A program made the translations under genes and the position numbers. A stretch of 64,000 nucleotides of DNA, taken from Iphione sp. A-MEVVRFRX5 (taxonomy: Eukaryota). The notes under the pieces are model-generated. The model worked only from the letters and a program-made list of their open reading frames with translations. It made no database searches and was not told the DNA's origin. The stretch lies in the NCBI GenBank assembly GCA_976226885.1, contig OZ320319.1, positions 68,820,001-68,884,000 on the forward strand, read 5' to 3'. Shown in pieces: positions 14,401 to 25,636 of this stretch (its first letter is position 1; every line of letters begins with the position of its first letter).

Positions 14401-16599
14401 AGCGCTCAGAGGTTTGTGAATCATTCGTATAGTACTTTTTAAAATCAGGATCGGAAACGCCCTGTTATGAGTTTGCGCTGACGACAAGTTTACCATCCTA
14501 TTCATTCCCCGATGTGCACTAAGATATTGCTTTGCATGTTCTCTTAAAAGGAAGGTTCAAATGGCTGAAAAGGGTTATTTCAAATATGTGGCAAACATAG
14601 CGTAGTTGGGATAATCCATTAAGGACGAGAATTCGCAAAATGCCTCGGCCATTCGGGAAAAAATAAGGAGACAATACTGAGGGATTTTAGGGTGCACGAT
14701 GGGTGAAGTAATTCGCATTATTACCCAAGGAGAACATTCCCAACTAATGGAAACTGCGCGATTAGTCGTATTGACACAATGGCCATTTTTGTACAGCTTT
14801 GGGCCAATTGACAAGAGCGACATGTTTTGCTGACATAATTTTGCACATTGAACAGGTGTTGTTCTCCATGACAGTTCCTGATGGGCTCTGTCAATGGACA
14901 TGGGTCGGGCGCCAGAGAATACGGAAATCCGAATGAAGTAGCATTACAAGAAAGTCTTACACGAGAATAAAACATTTATTTGTGTATAAGATTTCCAGAA
15001 ATAAAGCAATAAAAAAGAAATCTTGCAAGAAGGAGACACAAGACATCTACGAGAGTCCAATGACTAGTCTTGTAATTCTCGGAAAGAGTTTTGATTCATA
15101 CGGGAGATAATGGTGGCTCTGCCCCTTTGTCAGGTGGCACCCGCTCTGCAAATGCAATGTGTACCGAGGATGTTTATACCGGAGTGCAGTTCGATGGGTC
15201 CGTTTGCCCACATTAACGCTTGTAAAACATTTCTGCCAGACCGTAGATGTTTGCCAGCATATAGGCTGATTGCTCCTCTGAAAGCCGCCTTCAGCCTCCT
15301 ATAGATGGCGCTCACCGACAACGATGCCACACGGCCGGAGATTAGACTCCGAGGCGCTTCCGACCAGTGGTCATCGCGGGTAGGGAGAAACATAAAGTGG
15401 ATATCCAACAGAGGCATACAGCCAGAACAATCAGTTAATCTCCTCTTTCTACCTCCCTCTCTCTTGCACTGTCCACATCTCTAGCTCCTCCTCTCTCCGC
15501 TATCTCTCGCTATGGCATCCCTTCCCCTCTTTTCGGCGCATTCCTTGGTAAGACAGAGAAAAACAATGTCTGTTCAGTTCTGTACAAGACTGTGATTTTA
15601 TTGCTCACTCGGCCACCTCTAGCACGAGATCCTCTATCATTGACACCCTATCTCTCGCTCCTCGCGGTCTCCTCTTTCTTCGTATCGGAATCCTTGCAGG
15701 GAGGTTCCCATCTGTATTGCATGCTTCGCCAGTTTTATGCGGTATGTAGGAGGACAGCCGATATATCACGACCAACAGATCCCAACTCTTTCTTATCTAG
15801 TCATAAAAAGAAGTCCCCACCTATGATACCATGAGAAGAGGTACTCCTATACTCCCAATAGAAGCTATAACGGCTCCCACTGGGCAGAGGTCAAGGGTTT
15901 CGTTGCGCAATGAACCATCTGGCCCCGCATAGATTACCAGTCGAACTGTGTTGACCTTCTGGTACAAATGCTACTTTACATCTCTTCGACTTGATATATC
16001 TACAGGATCGTTGCATTCCTCCATTGCATAGATCACACAAATATCGAACCTACATTAACTCAACACAAAGGCGGATATTATAAGACCACTCCCTTTTTTT
16101 AGGGAACTAAGATAATGCACTAAGGTCAATACGAAACTGCTGTGCAGTCGACTCTCACTTGAAGACCAGGCCACACAGGAGACCAGAACCACAACAGGGA
16201 CCAAATTGAAGCTTGTTCTCTGTTTGAGTATTGATTGAATACCCTTGTCCTATAAAACGAAAGAACATATCTGACATTTAGATAGAGTGCTACCTTTGTT
16301 ATGATTTAAATATATTTTACTTTGAAGACACTTGGTACATACACAACTTCTGTTAAAACGAATATCTGTGCATGTAAAGCCAGCTTGTGACAGAGACTGA
16401 TACCGCATTGTAAAGACAACTAAGATATCTCGATGCAGGGAAAAACAAAAATAGGTGCTTCATGATGCCATTCTATGTCTGCTGCATAAATGGTAAAGAA
16501 ATGAGGATGATTAATTTACGTTAATGATGAAAAACGAGATGTGTGTAACAGTTTAACGAGTGATGTTTCTGTAAAAAAATTCACAGGAATTCCAGACAT

Positions 16600-16712
16600 A
16601 CTGCAAACATATTGCCTGATCCATGATACCTGAAAGTATCATTCTCCATTTACATGGGAATGCCTTCAGGCATCATCAGGCTTTTGCCTGAGAATGCCTT
16701 CAGGCATCATCC
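16600..16712 (+). repeat. Dispersed repeat with palindromic subunits (copy 2)
   Basis: Two direct copies of GAATGCCTTCAGGCATCATC plus one inverted degenerate copy TGATACCTGAAAGTATCATTC. Confidence 0.65.
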
Positions 16713-17829
16713 ACCCCTTATAGTGTTAAGCTTTGAATTGTATAGTTTGTTGCCGGCTGGCAGGATTTTTACCACAAGGTGGACAAAATAGGGACGAAAG
16801 ACAGACAAATGTCCAGGAAAAAATAGTTTTTTCCTCTAAAAGGAGAACAAATGGAGAAACTGACAAAAAATAATGAATTGAAATTAACGTTTGACTGTAA
16901 TATTTCATAGGGTTTTTCAAGATTAATCATGTAACATGTAAAACTTGTAATCTTGATATCTCTACTCTAATATGTTGATCAACAGACTGTGATCCTGGAC
17001 TTTTATGCAGATATCACCACATTATAGACAAATATATTTACATAGAACTGCCAATATCTCTCATCTCTTGACAATCAACCTTTGCGTGTTTGGAGTAGCA
17101 ATAAAAAAATTTGCCATAGCTACATAGCTGTGAGTCTAGTTCGGGACGATCCGCCATACCCTGTGACGTCCCCCCCCCCATCTCCTCAACAATCCTGACT
17201 ACCAGGCTGAGGTCATACTTGGTCATTATTACCAGGGATCCATATCGGGTAAAAGGCATCAACAATGGATGGCAAGTCATACTTACAGAGCAGTGAAAAA
17301 CAGGCTATTTCTATATGCTGCTCTCTACCAGAGGTAAGAGTTGTCTACAACCATAAGTAGTTAGCCTAATTTCCATGTGGGCTTGTTTGCGTCCAGCATG
17401 TTTTAGCACCATGGAGTGCTGTGAAAATTTCACCAAAATTGGTGAACTAGTATATGACCTAATGTGGATCCTTGTTTCATCCCAGTAAATCACCATAGTT
17501 CCCATTTCATATCTGCCAACACACTCATGAAAACATTGGAGAAAAAGGTGGCAGGGTTACTTAAAGGTATTTACAGAATTCTCTTATACTGATTATCTTT
17601 TGTTACGTGTTCTCTTTCATCCCATCATGTGTAATATATTTCTTCATGATACCTCCAAAATTGAAACTTTGAAAGCACGGTTCATACTTCATTTTTAGTC
17701 CTGTCGTTTTACAGATTTGCATTATGAAAAGTTACTATAGGCAATTGGTATACAAGCGTGGCCAAGAAATCACTCGTTGAGCCATAATGATGATCAGAAC
17801 ATCAAATGATTGTAATTGTTTCAGAGGAC

Positions 17830-18315
17830 GATTGGTGTGGCATTCGGCGTCGCTCGAACCCATTGCCCCTATACACGAGTGACAGTGTAAATGATGGACC
17901 AGAGCTGAGGGCGAGCGTCGGCTGGGCGGGACGATGGCAGTGATAGCCACTATCAGAACCTAAAAGGTTCGATCATGTCACTAAATACGTCATAATATGG
18001 CGGACGAGCGGCCCCGGGCGACTCGCCGAGAAGGCAGAGGCAGCTGCAGCCAAGTCTGCCGCCACCCAGATAGGGAAAACCCTTGCCCATTGGTCGATGA
18101 GAAGAGTGGATGGGGGAGGCGGGGGGAGTTGGAGGAAGGGGAGGAGGCAGCTGCTGGTCAGAAGGATCTGCCGAAGTGCATTTCACAGAGAGGCCGTTAT
18201 GAAGTCAGTTGGCCTCACGGTGGCCCGCTGCCTTCCACTCCATCAACAGTCGTCTCATCAGTGAGCACGGCGGGCTTAAGCTGCCGATAGAGGGCAGGCA
18301 GGGGGGGGGAGTCGA
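17830..18315. promoter_or_regulatory. CpG-rich island with G-rich tract
   Basis: Dense CpG, GGGCGG motifs and a G/A-rich run at 18110-18150. Confidence 0.4.
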
Positions 18316-19189
18316 AAATTAAACCTGAACTCGCGCTAGGTGAAAACAACGATTACTCACACAGGCATGTATCCATGGGCTCCATCTTTCAACGGCCAAT
18401 TCGTTGAAATTGATGGCACCGGACCGACTTCAGAATTGGTTAATGTCCCTTTGCCACTTTTCATATAAAGCTTGTTTCTAGCCTGTCTTTTCGTAAATCA
18501 ACTGGATGCCCCACATGATGTGCCATATGTCAAAGGGTTACCTGCGTTAACTCAAGTGTCCCAGGAATAAATACAGACTTCTTACAATCCAAGCACAATC
18601 TGAAGTTCTTTAACTCTAGAGCATTTGGCATAAGGGTATGCTCAGCCTTCATGATATACATGTGCTTGCACAAAATACAAGTAGTTTTATACATATCTTG
18701 TTAACTTGATATGAGACCAATCGACCATCTTGAAACTATGGTCGATTTGGCCTCGGTAAAACAAAGTAGTGATCAAACTGTTGGCATTATGAATGAAATC
18801 GTGTATCATCATCTTATATCTAGAAGTATTTTGCAGCATAACATTCCACTTTAGAAAAGGAACTAGGTACGATTTATGCTCTTCATATTTGAAAAATCAA
18901 ACTACATGTTTTGATAATTTCTTACATATTCAGAGTGATCATTTCGGTGTAAGTCACATCATTTTACCAACGTTCCACTCAATTTGGCTGTACAACAGAA
19001 AGAATATAAATGTACAAGCACAGCGCGTAAGCCTATACTTTATATGGCCACGTGCTCTGCATAACTAAATACATGAGTTCCCAAGATTCTCCCAAACTAA
19101 AGAGTCATATATTACTTTTATTTTGGTTCCCAACACTTCACTGTGTTGTGGAAATGAATATGTATTGAGGGCAGCGAATAGTATGGAAC

Positions 19190-19380
19190 CCCCAGAGACG
19201 TGCGATAGCACAGTCATACCCGGCGAACTAGCCGGCCAGGTAGTCAGAATCGTTTACGTCACCAACGAAGTTCCCTTCACGAGAGGGACACCCAACCCCG
19301 CATGCGTGCCAGCGCTCTGAAAGCGCCGTATTACTTCCGGTGTCGAGGTACCATGACAGATCTTGTGCCGTGACGGGGAT
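19190..19380. promoter_or_regulatory. CpG-rich segment with ETS/CRE/NRF1-like motifs
   Basis: ACTTCCGGT, TTACGTCA and GCATGCGTGC within about 100 bp. Confidence 0.3.
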
Positions 19381-20692
19381 ATTGCCAAATGAGTGAAGAT
19401 AACGGTATATATTATCTATGCAGATTAATCACTACGGAATCATGTATGCTCCTCAACATGGTTCAATCCTCAAGCCAACGAATGAATATCAGGAAGCTGT
19501 GTATGGTTTCCGATCACATTCCACTGCTCATCCTGTGTGTTCTTTCGCACACGCCACAGAAATATACATATTGTGTGAGATGGATAAAAAAAAAGAGGAA
19601 TTGATTTAAGTGGAGTGCCAACGTGGTACGTGTCACAGAGAATGGAATAACCTCCGGCCTTCCACTCTTTCATGTCTTGAGTCATTAATGAGACGGCGCC
19701 AGACTGTTGCCTACTTCTCCCCTTCACTCTCAGTAATCCAGATACAATCGCCTCCAACGATTCGTTTCAATCACAGAGCGGCAGCACATATCACGAACGT
19801 GTTGTTAAAGAACAATCTAGACCTACGTTTGATGATCAAATTACGAGACAAAGTACATCTCAACCCGTGCAATGATTGGCGTTGCAGAATGCCTTCGAAA
19901 GCCCCTCGTGCACCAACACCCTGTCGTGCCGTTGTGTCTGTTGTGGAAAAAAAAATAAATACAGATATACGCCATTTGAAATACAGACGCATACGCCAAG
20001 AAAGCATGTCAACCTGTCAATAATTGGCCCATGCCAATATTACCATCCGCATACTGCGGTTGAGCGACCAAAAGAACCTTCTCTTCTGCCGACCTAAAAG
20101 TCCGTTTATTGGGGCACAAGTTGTAGAAATGGCAATGTCGCAATGTCAGAATCGCTTCTCGGAGGAGACCCCCTCAACGTGAAATGAGGAAACGTAAGAG
20201 ACGGAAGTCACGAGTAATATTGCGTGGATAATATTGCTATTTTGCTATGGGCGTTTTTGCAGAGATACGATATGCAGTGTTTATTTTGTATCTTCGCATC
20301 CCTATACGATCATCTATAGTGTCGATCCCTTCCTTCTGAACAAGAAGTCGTGAAAGCCGTCCATTACATACCAACGTTGGAGAGAAATCATATATCAGAT
20401 ATGGCTATCATTCTGCCATTATGTTTTAATCAATTTTTTTCTTGGTAACTAGCATGAAACCTTTTGGTGGACAGGATTTTGCCACCCAGACATGTTCCCG
20501 TTTTGCCTCAAACATTTGCTTCTTGGGCTTCCTAGAATGAGTGTCAGTATAATAGTTTCCATACACTAAAGAGGTTTGAGAGATAGTTATTTCACAAATA
20601 CTACAATATTGGTCTGAACTTTCTATTGATAAAAAATATTGTTACTCAAAGACTTAACAGAGGCAGATTTCTATATGGGTATTCTTTGATAA

Positions 20693-21024
20693 GGCCTAAA
20701 AAAAGTTCTGCGTTTCCGGTAACAAGCCAAAAAAAGAGAGGGTCGGTTGGTAGGTACTATGTTTTTATTTTTATTTTTTTCAAAGTTAATTCAGGCTGAT
20801 AGGAAGAAATATGTATGACTGCATCACTTCTACAACTTGGATTTTAATAAAACTTATATGAAATGAAAGCTAGTAACCTAGGGAGTAATTTGGTGTATGG
20901 AACATGTCTTTATCATTATTCATTCAGAAGTTATTCAAAAAAACAAAAAAAATATAAAGTTTCATTTGGCTAAAATGTTGGAGCGGTCGGGTTACTGGAA
21001 ACACAGGTATTTTTGATTTAGGCC
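20693..21024. mobile_element. PIF/Harbinger-type (Tourist-like) MITE, 332 bp
   Basis: Imperfect TIRs: left GGCCTAAAAAAAGTTCTGCGTTTCCGGTAAC, right end reverse-complemented GGCCTAAATCAAAAATACCTGTGTTTCCAGTAAC. Flanked by TAA at 20690-20692 and 21025-21027. No ORF. A TAA/TTA 3-bp TSD is the known PIF/Harbinger signature. Confidence 0.8.
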
Positions 21025-21246
21025 TAACATTCGTCTACATCTGATTAAAACCTCTATATTTATCTATGGTAAGGGGACATGTAATTCATCGGTATTTTCT
21101 GAGGCGTTAAAGTCTATGCTGGCAAAACTAATGCACAAGAACCCCAGGAGATAACGTTCTGCACAGGAGAAGTTCCTTGGGCAAAAGTGCTTGTAGCTTT
21201 TGCATTGTTTCTATTAGATTTCACATCATACTCGTCTGTTACTTAC

Positions 21247-21282
21247 CTTCTTCTTGCCACCCCTTTTCCTGTTCTCTGTTTC
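21247..21282 (-). other. Candidate 36-nt microexon
   Basis: TTTTATAG acceptor, AAG|GTAAGT donor, purine-rich body, all three frames open. Confidence 0.25.
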
Positions 21283-23129
21283 CTATAAAACCTGTCTGTG
21301 GCCCTTATTATGCACATTATACGCAAGTAAATATATATTGGTGTTATGTAACCCATAAAATCTATGAGGGGTTGCCGTTTTTATCTCTTCTTGCAGAAAT
21401 AGCTAGATGTTCCTTGTGGGTAACGGTTTTTTTTTATCCCTCTTTATTACTGAAGTTGCTAAAATGACTGACACACACCAGTTAGATTATCCTAAGCCAT
21501 ACCGTGCGACTCTCGCATGTAGCACCACCGACCCAGTACAGCTCTGACGGTGGTCTGCCCTGCTGCCAAGCAGCTCTGTCCAAACTAGATCCAGCCACAC
21601 AGGAGCATAACACTGCAAGCCACTAGAGCACGGACTGTGACCTCCACAACGATAAGACTCTACATTTCTTCCAATGCCAGCAGGCTGTAAACTATTATTA
21701 AACAGATGTACTCCAGTGCACGGCTCTGACCCCAGTAAGGCCCGGTAGAGTCGTGTGTGATCAGGCATGGCAAATGCAAACAATAATATTCACTCCATAT
21801 CATCCAGCATAACATGACATACCATTTTATGTGTGTCTTGACCTGTTCTTCAGGCTTGTATACCCAACTCGCATTTATTATCTGAGCGAATGACCTTTCT
21901 GCTTTCCTGATCATAATATTACTGGATTCCTAAATTACAGTTATACTTATGTTATCTGCATTGTAGTAAATTTTTCTATATCAGTGGCTGTCTGACAGTG
22001 TGTTAATAAAAACGGAGCGTCGAAGCCCTGAAATTAAACCCTGGGGTACAGGGCAAACGGCACCGGTCCCTGCTGATCTGTGTCTGCATAATGTTGCTTT
22101 GTTACTAGTTTTTTTTATTTGCTGCCTGTCAAATAGATATCAAGATAAATTTTAACTCATAGTCTTTGGGGGTCCTTCGGGAGAACTCTCCCTTTCGGTA
22201 AGCACGAGCAAGGGACCCTTCTCCGGCGCTCACTCAGCTTCCTCTGGGAGTCGACGTCCACCATGTGGATCAGCATTGAGTATGAAAACTATTGTCACTG
22301 GAACAACAGTTAAAGCAAGACTGATCACACAAGAGATGTGATATTCACAGGTGACTTGCTGCTATAATTCCCCCTTCTAATCCGACTAATCAAAATGCTG
22401 CCAAGAGATAATTACGTGCCCATCTCACGGGGTTTACAATACTCATTCTATGCTTTCCGAGCGATTCGACCGAAAATAGTTCGTTTTAACGATTATGTCA
22501 TTTATATTTTGGAGTAATATACAAGCAATGTTTGAACAGACGCTCATAAATAAAAAAAACTGTCGGAAGAAATTCACATGTAAGGAAGGACTAAATTAGG
22601 CATGAAGCACAGTCAGGCGGTTGCCTTTGATCTATTGACGAAACTCATATGGCAGGCTCATAGCTCTGCAGGGCCGTTCTACATACAGACCGTGCGGATC
22701 CATGCTGCCGGTTATATTACGCCCTGGAATCATAGATCAAAAGAAGACAATCATTGCGTTTGGCGAAGTTGGTACTAAGCTGGCTGGGTGTGATTGGGTT
22801 AGGCCGACTAGGCGGCACTGCCTCCACGGTTGAAGCCTGTAGCAAACGGGCTGCCTTCAAAGTGTCAGTTGTCACGGGGAGTGGACTCATGCGTTGTGAC
22901 AGCTCCGACAAGGTCAGTTGGCGTATGTCCAAAACTCTACCCCCTCAAAAAATCACCCACCTCAGTACAACAATGCATGTACCAGAGCATGGGAAATTGC
23001 TCTCCTGCAGGCAAGGCTTTTCGTCGCCGAAACCCTTGGCTGGGTCTCTTTTCGGCCATTTATCTCTCTACACGGGCAGTTTGCATACGCGTCTCGGCTA
23101 GGCTTCTTCCAGTTGTTTCCTCGATATTA

Positions 23130-23480
23130 GCGCCCGGTAATTGTTCAAAATCGATCCGCCGCAATTCAAAAGGCTGAAAGAGGTCAGCAAAAGCCCTCCG
23201 TGAACCTAACCTTCGGGGGGTCTAATATCCGATTTCCCACCACTCGCCTGCAGCGATCGATCGAGCACCGTTCATTTCACGCTGCTGTCGACCCGTGCTA
23301 ATATTTAGCGCGTTCTATTCGTGTTAATCGTGTAAAATGTAATGACCGTGCTAATTGGCATTTAATTACAGAGATAAGAAAGGCTTTCCCCAGCCGTGTT
23401 TATGGACGAATTCATGAGACCATCTAGAACAATTGGATTCCAGCTAAAAATGGACCTGAAATGTTTTGCCGTAAGTGACT
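23130..23480. promoter_or_regulatory. Enhancer-like homeodomain-site cluster
   Basis: CTAATTGG, TTTAATTAC, GTTAATCG, GTAATG, TTTATGG and CAATTG packed in about 170 bp next to a CpG-rich block. Confidence 0.3.
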
Positions 23481-24645
23481 GATTGCATCTCTAACCAAAG
23501 TAGCTGCAATTGCTCTGTCACTGCATTTAACACCGCAAACGTCTGATTCAATCAGAATACAGTAGGCTATCATGTCGGGTCAAAAACTCTCTATAAGTAT
23601 CTTTATCATCTCCCATTACGTTCTGTTTGGGGAAAACTGTATCAGAGCAGCTGGTTGGATTCTTTACTTTGAATACTTGAATTGACTCTTAATCGTTTTA
23701 GCGAGTACATACTATTTTATCCGAGGATTAATAGCCTTCCAAAACATATAGTTTTATCCGTTATCTAATAATAAGATTATTAAAGCTCATATTTTGAAAG
23801 GATTCCTCTGCCGTGAAGGACTGTAAAGCAACAATATAGGGCTTTACCTCGCGCACCTACTTTCGATGAGAAGTGCAGGCATGCCAGGACGCGTTTTGGC
23901 ATCTAGATAATGCGTAAATGCACTTGGTTACTGTGAGCGAAGTTTTTTTTTTCAAAAAATACGCTGTCATCGATGGGATGGGTTTCTCCCTCCCCTGAAC
24001 AGATCAGAGACAGCCCTGGAGCGACTCATCAGCGGCTGTTTAATCAATGCCAGCAGCTTCCAACCCCAATTACAGTTAGCCTTCCGCTCGGAGACACGGT
24101 CTGGCTGATGAATGCCCTTCTCCCTAAAGCATCTCGCCGTTCCCCCACGGACTAGCCATAGGAAACAATAGTAAAGCTGCTTCGTACTCATAAAAACGGC
24201 CGTTTTCCAAAGGAACAATACTGACATCGGTGATTAACGAAAAGAACTGGCTTGGAAATACAGGTACGTGTAGAACTCTATCAACAACTACTCCGACGAC
24301 AAAACCTCTTTATAAGAAGTTGGCTATCCCTGTAGACTTTGTGACCTCAGGCCATTTGCTACCATAGTGTTTATTTAAAGGGAAACCTAAAGGCTCACAC
24401 ATGTTAGCATATGAAGGTTAGTGATCTATCAATAAATGATCGGTCAAAAGTCTACAACTGAATGGCACGCCTCTAAGAATGACATTTCTAACAATGTACT
24501 CAACTCAAGGAACACGAAATCCCTGTAATCCGCACAGCAAACGGATTAGACCAACGATGTCTGCAATATGAGTTGTCCAGGTTTCCACAAGCCCCTGAAT
24601 ATAGAGAAACAAGGGTTTCATCTGGCTCTGCACTATCCCTAATGA

Positions 24646-24957
24646 GGCCTACCAAAAAATATGTTTCTTATAACCCGACGAACCTGGTTTTTGCCTTAAT
24701 GGTGCTTCTTATGTTTTCTTGTTTTGCACGTATCTTCAGAGTAAATAAGATTTATGCATAACACCATTTTCTTCCTTATAGTCTTAGCTCTCATATGATA
24801 CCACTTTCAAAAAACCTAAGTACAGTGAAATTTCTAGGACTACAAATTACTGTTTAGCTTGCGCTGAATAAAAAAAAATGAACTACCGACGTACCGACCT
24901 TTCATTTTTTTTTCAACACGTTACCAGAAACAGAAATTTTTTTCCGGGGGGGGGCCC
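24646..24957. mobile_element. Second copy of the same MITE family, opposite orientation
   Basis: Left end GGCCTACCAAAAAATATGTTTCTTATAACCCGACG matches the right TIR of the 20693 element. The reverse complement of the right part (...TTTCTGGTAAC...AGGTCGGT...GGTAG) matches its left part. TGA flanks both sides (24643-24645, 24958-24960). Confidence 0.7.
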
Positions 24958-25000
24958 TGATGGTGTATGGATTACACTCAGACCACATTTACCAGCCACC

Positions 25001-25199
25001 AACTATACAAATATAGTGTATAACTGAACCAAATTTTAACGTACAAGTGTCTGTGAAAGCATGGTTAAATGCCCAAAGTAACCGAACTTCCCTGTTAACG
25101 AATTATACAAATGTAGTTTATAACTGAACCAAATTTTAACGTAAAAGTGTCTGTGAAATCAATGTTAACTGCCCACAGTAACCGAACTTCCCTGTTAAC
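25001..25199. repeat. Tandem duplication, 100 bp x2
   Basis: TAACTGAACCAAATTTTAACGTA at 25021 and 25121. GTAACCGAACTTCCCTGTTAAC closes both units. Confidence 0.9.
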
Positions 25200-25507
25200 C
25201 GAACATAATTTAGTGAAAGAATGCGTGTTTGGTTCTTGAGGGATGACTCTAAATGATTCTACTATACTTTGTTAATATAGGGATATGAGCTAAAGTCCTA
25301 CACTGAATGAAAAGAATTATTAAGTGCTATCTCCATGTGTGTGAACTATACGTCAGCCACCTGTGGTGGGGTACAGGCTGTCCACATCTCCCTGCCACCA
25401 GGTGCGGGGCTTATACCAATGTGTGTGGGTTATATGCACTTTCTTTATTGTTCTTTTTACATGAAAATGTATACAGGTCTGAAGAAATCTTTATGCTTTA
25501 AAATTAA

Positions 25508-25636
25508 TGTTTTTGTTGAAAGTGAGACATATCTATAGAAATGTTGTGGGTTTTTGTTGAAAGAGAGACATATCGGTGGAAACTTTATGGCTTTTGGGCA
25601 AAAGAGGGACATATCGGTGGAAATTCTATGGCTTTT
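25508..25636. repeat. Minisatellite, 41 bp unit x about 3
   Basis: GACATATC at 25526, 25567 and 25608 with flanking similarity. Confidence 0.85.

Noticed and set aside
17402-17420. REST/NRSE-like motif TTTAGCACCATGGAGTGCT
   Set aside because: About four mismatches to consensus, including in the right half-site core.
19779-19791. CGGCAGCACATAT, matching U6 snRNA near its 5-prime end
   Set aside because: The match does not extend in either direction.
25508-25636. 41-bp periodic repeat as a CRISPR array
   Set aside because: Units are contiguous and degenerate with no unique spacers, and there are no cas genes. It is a minisatellite.
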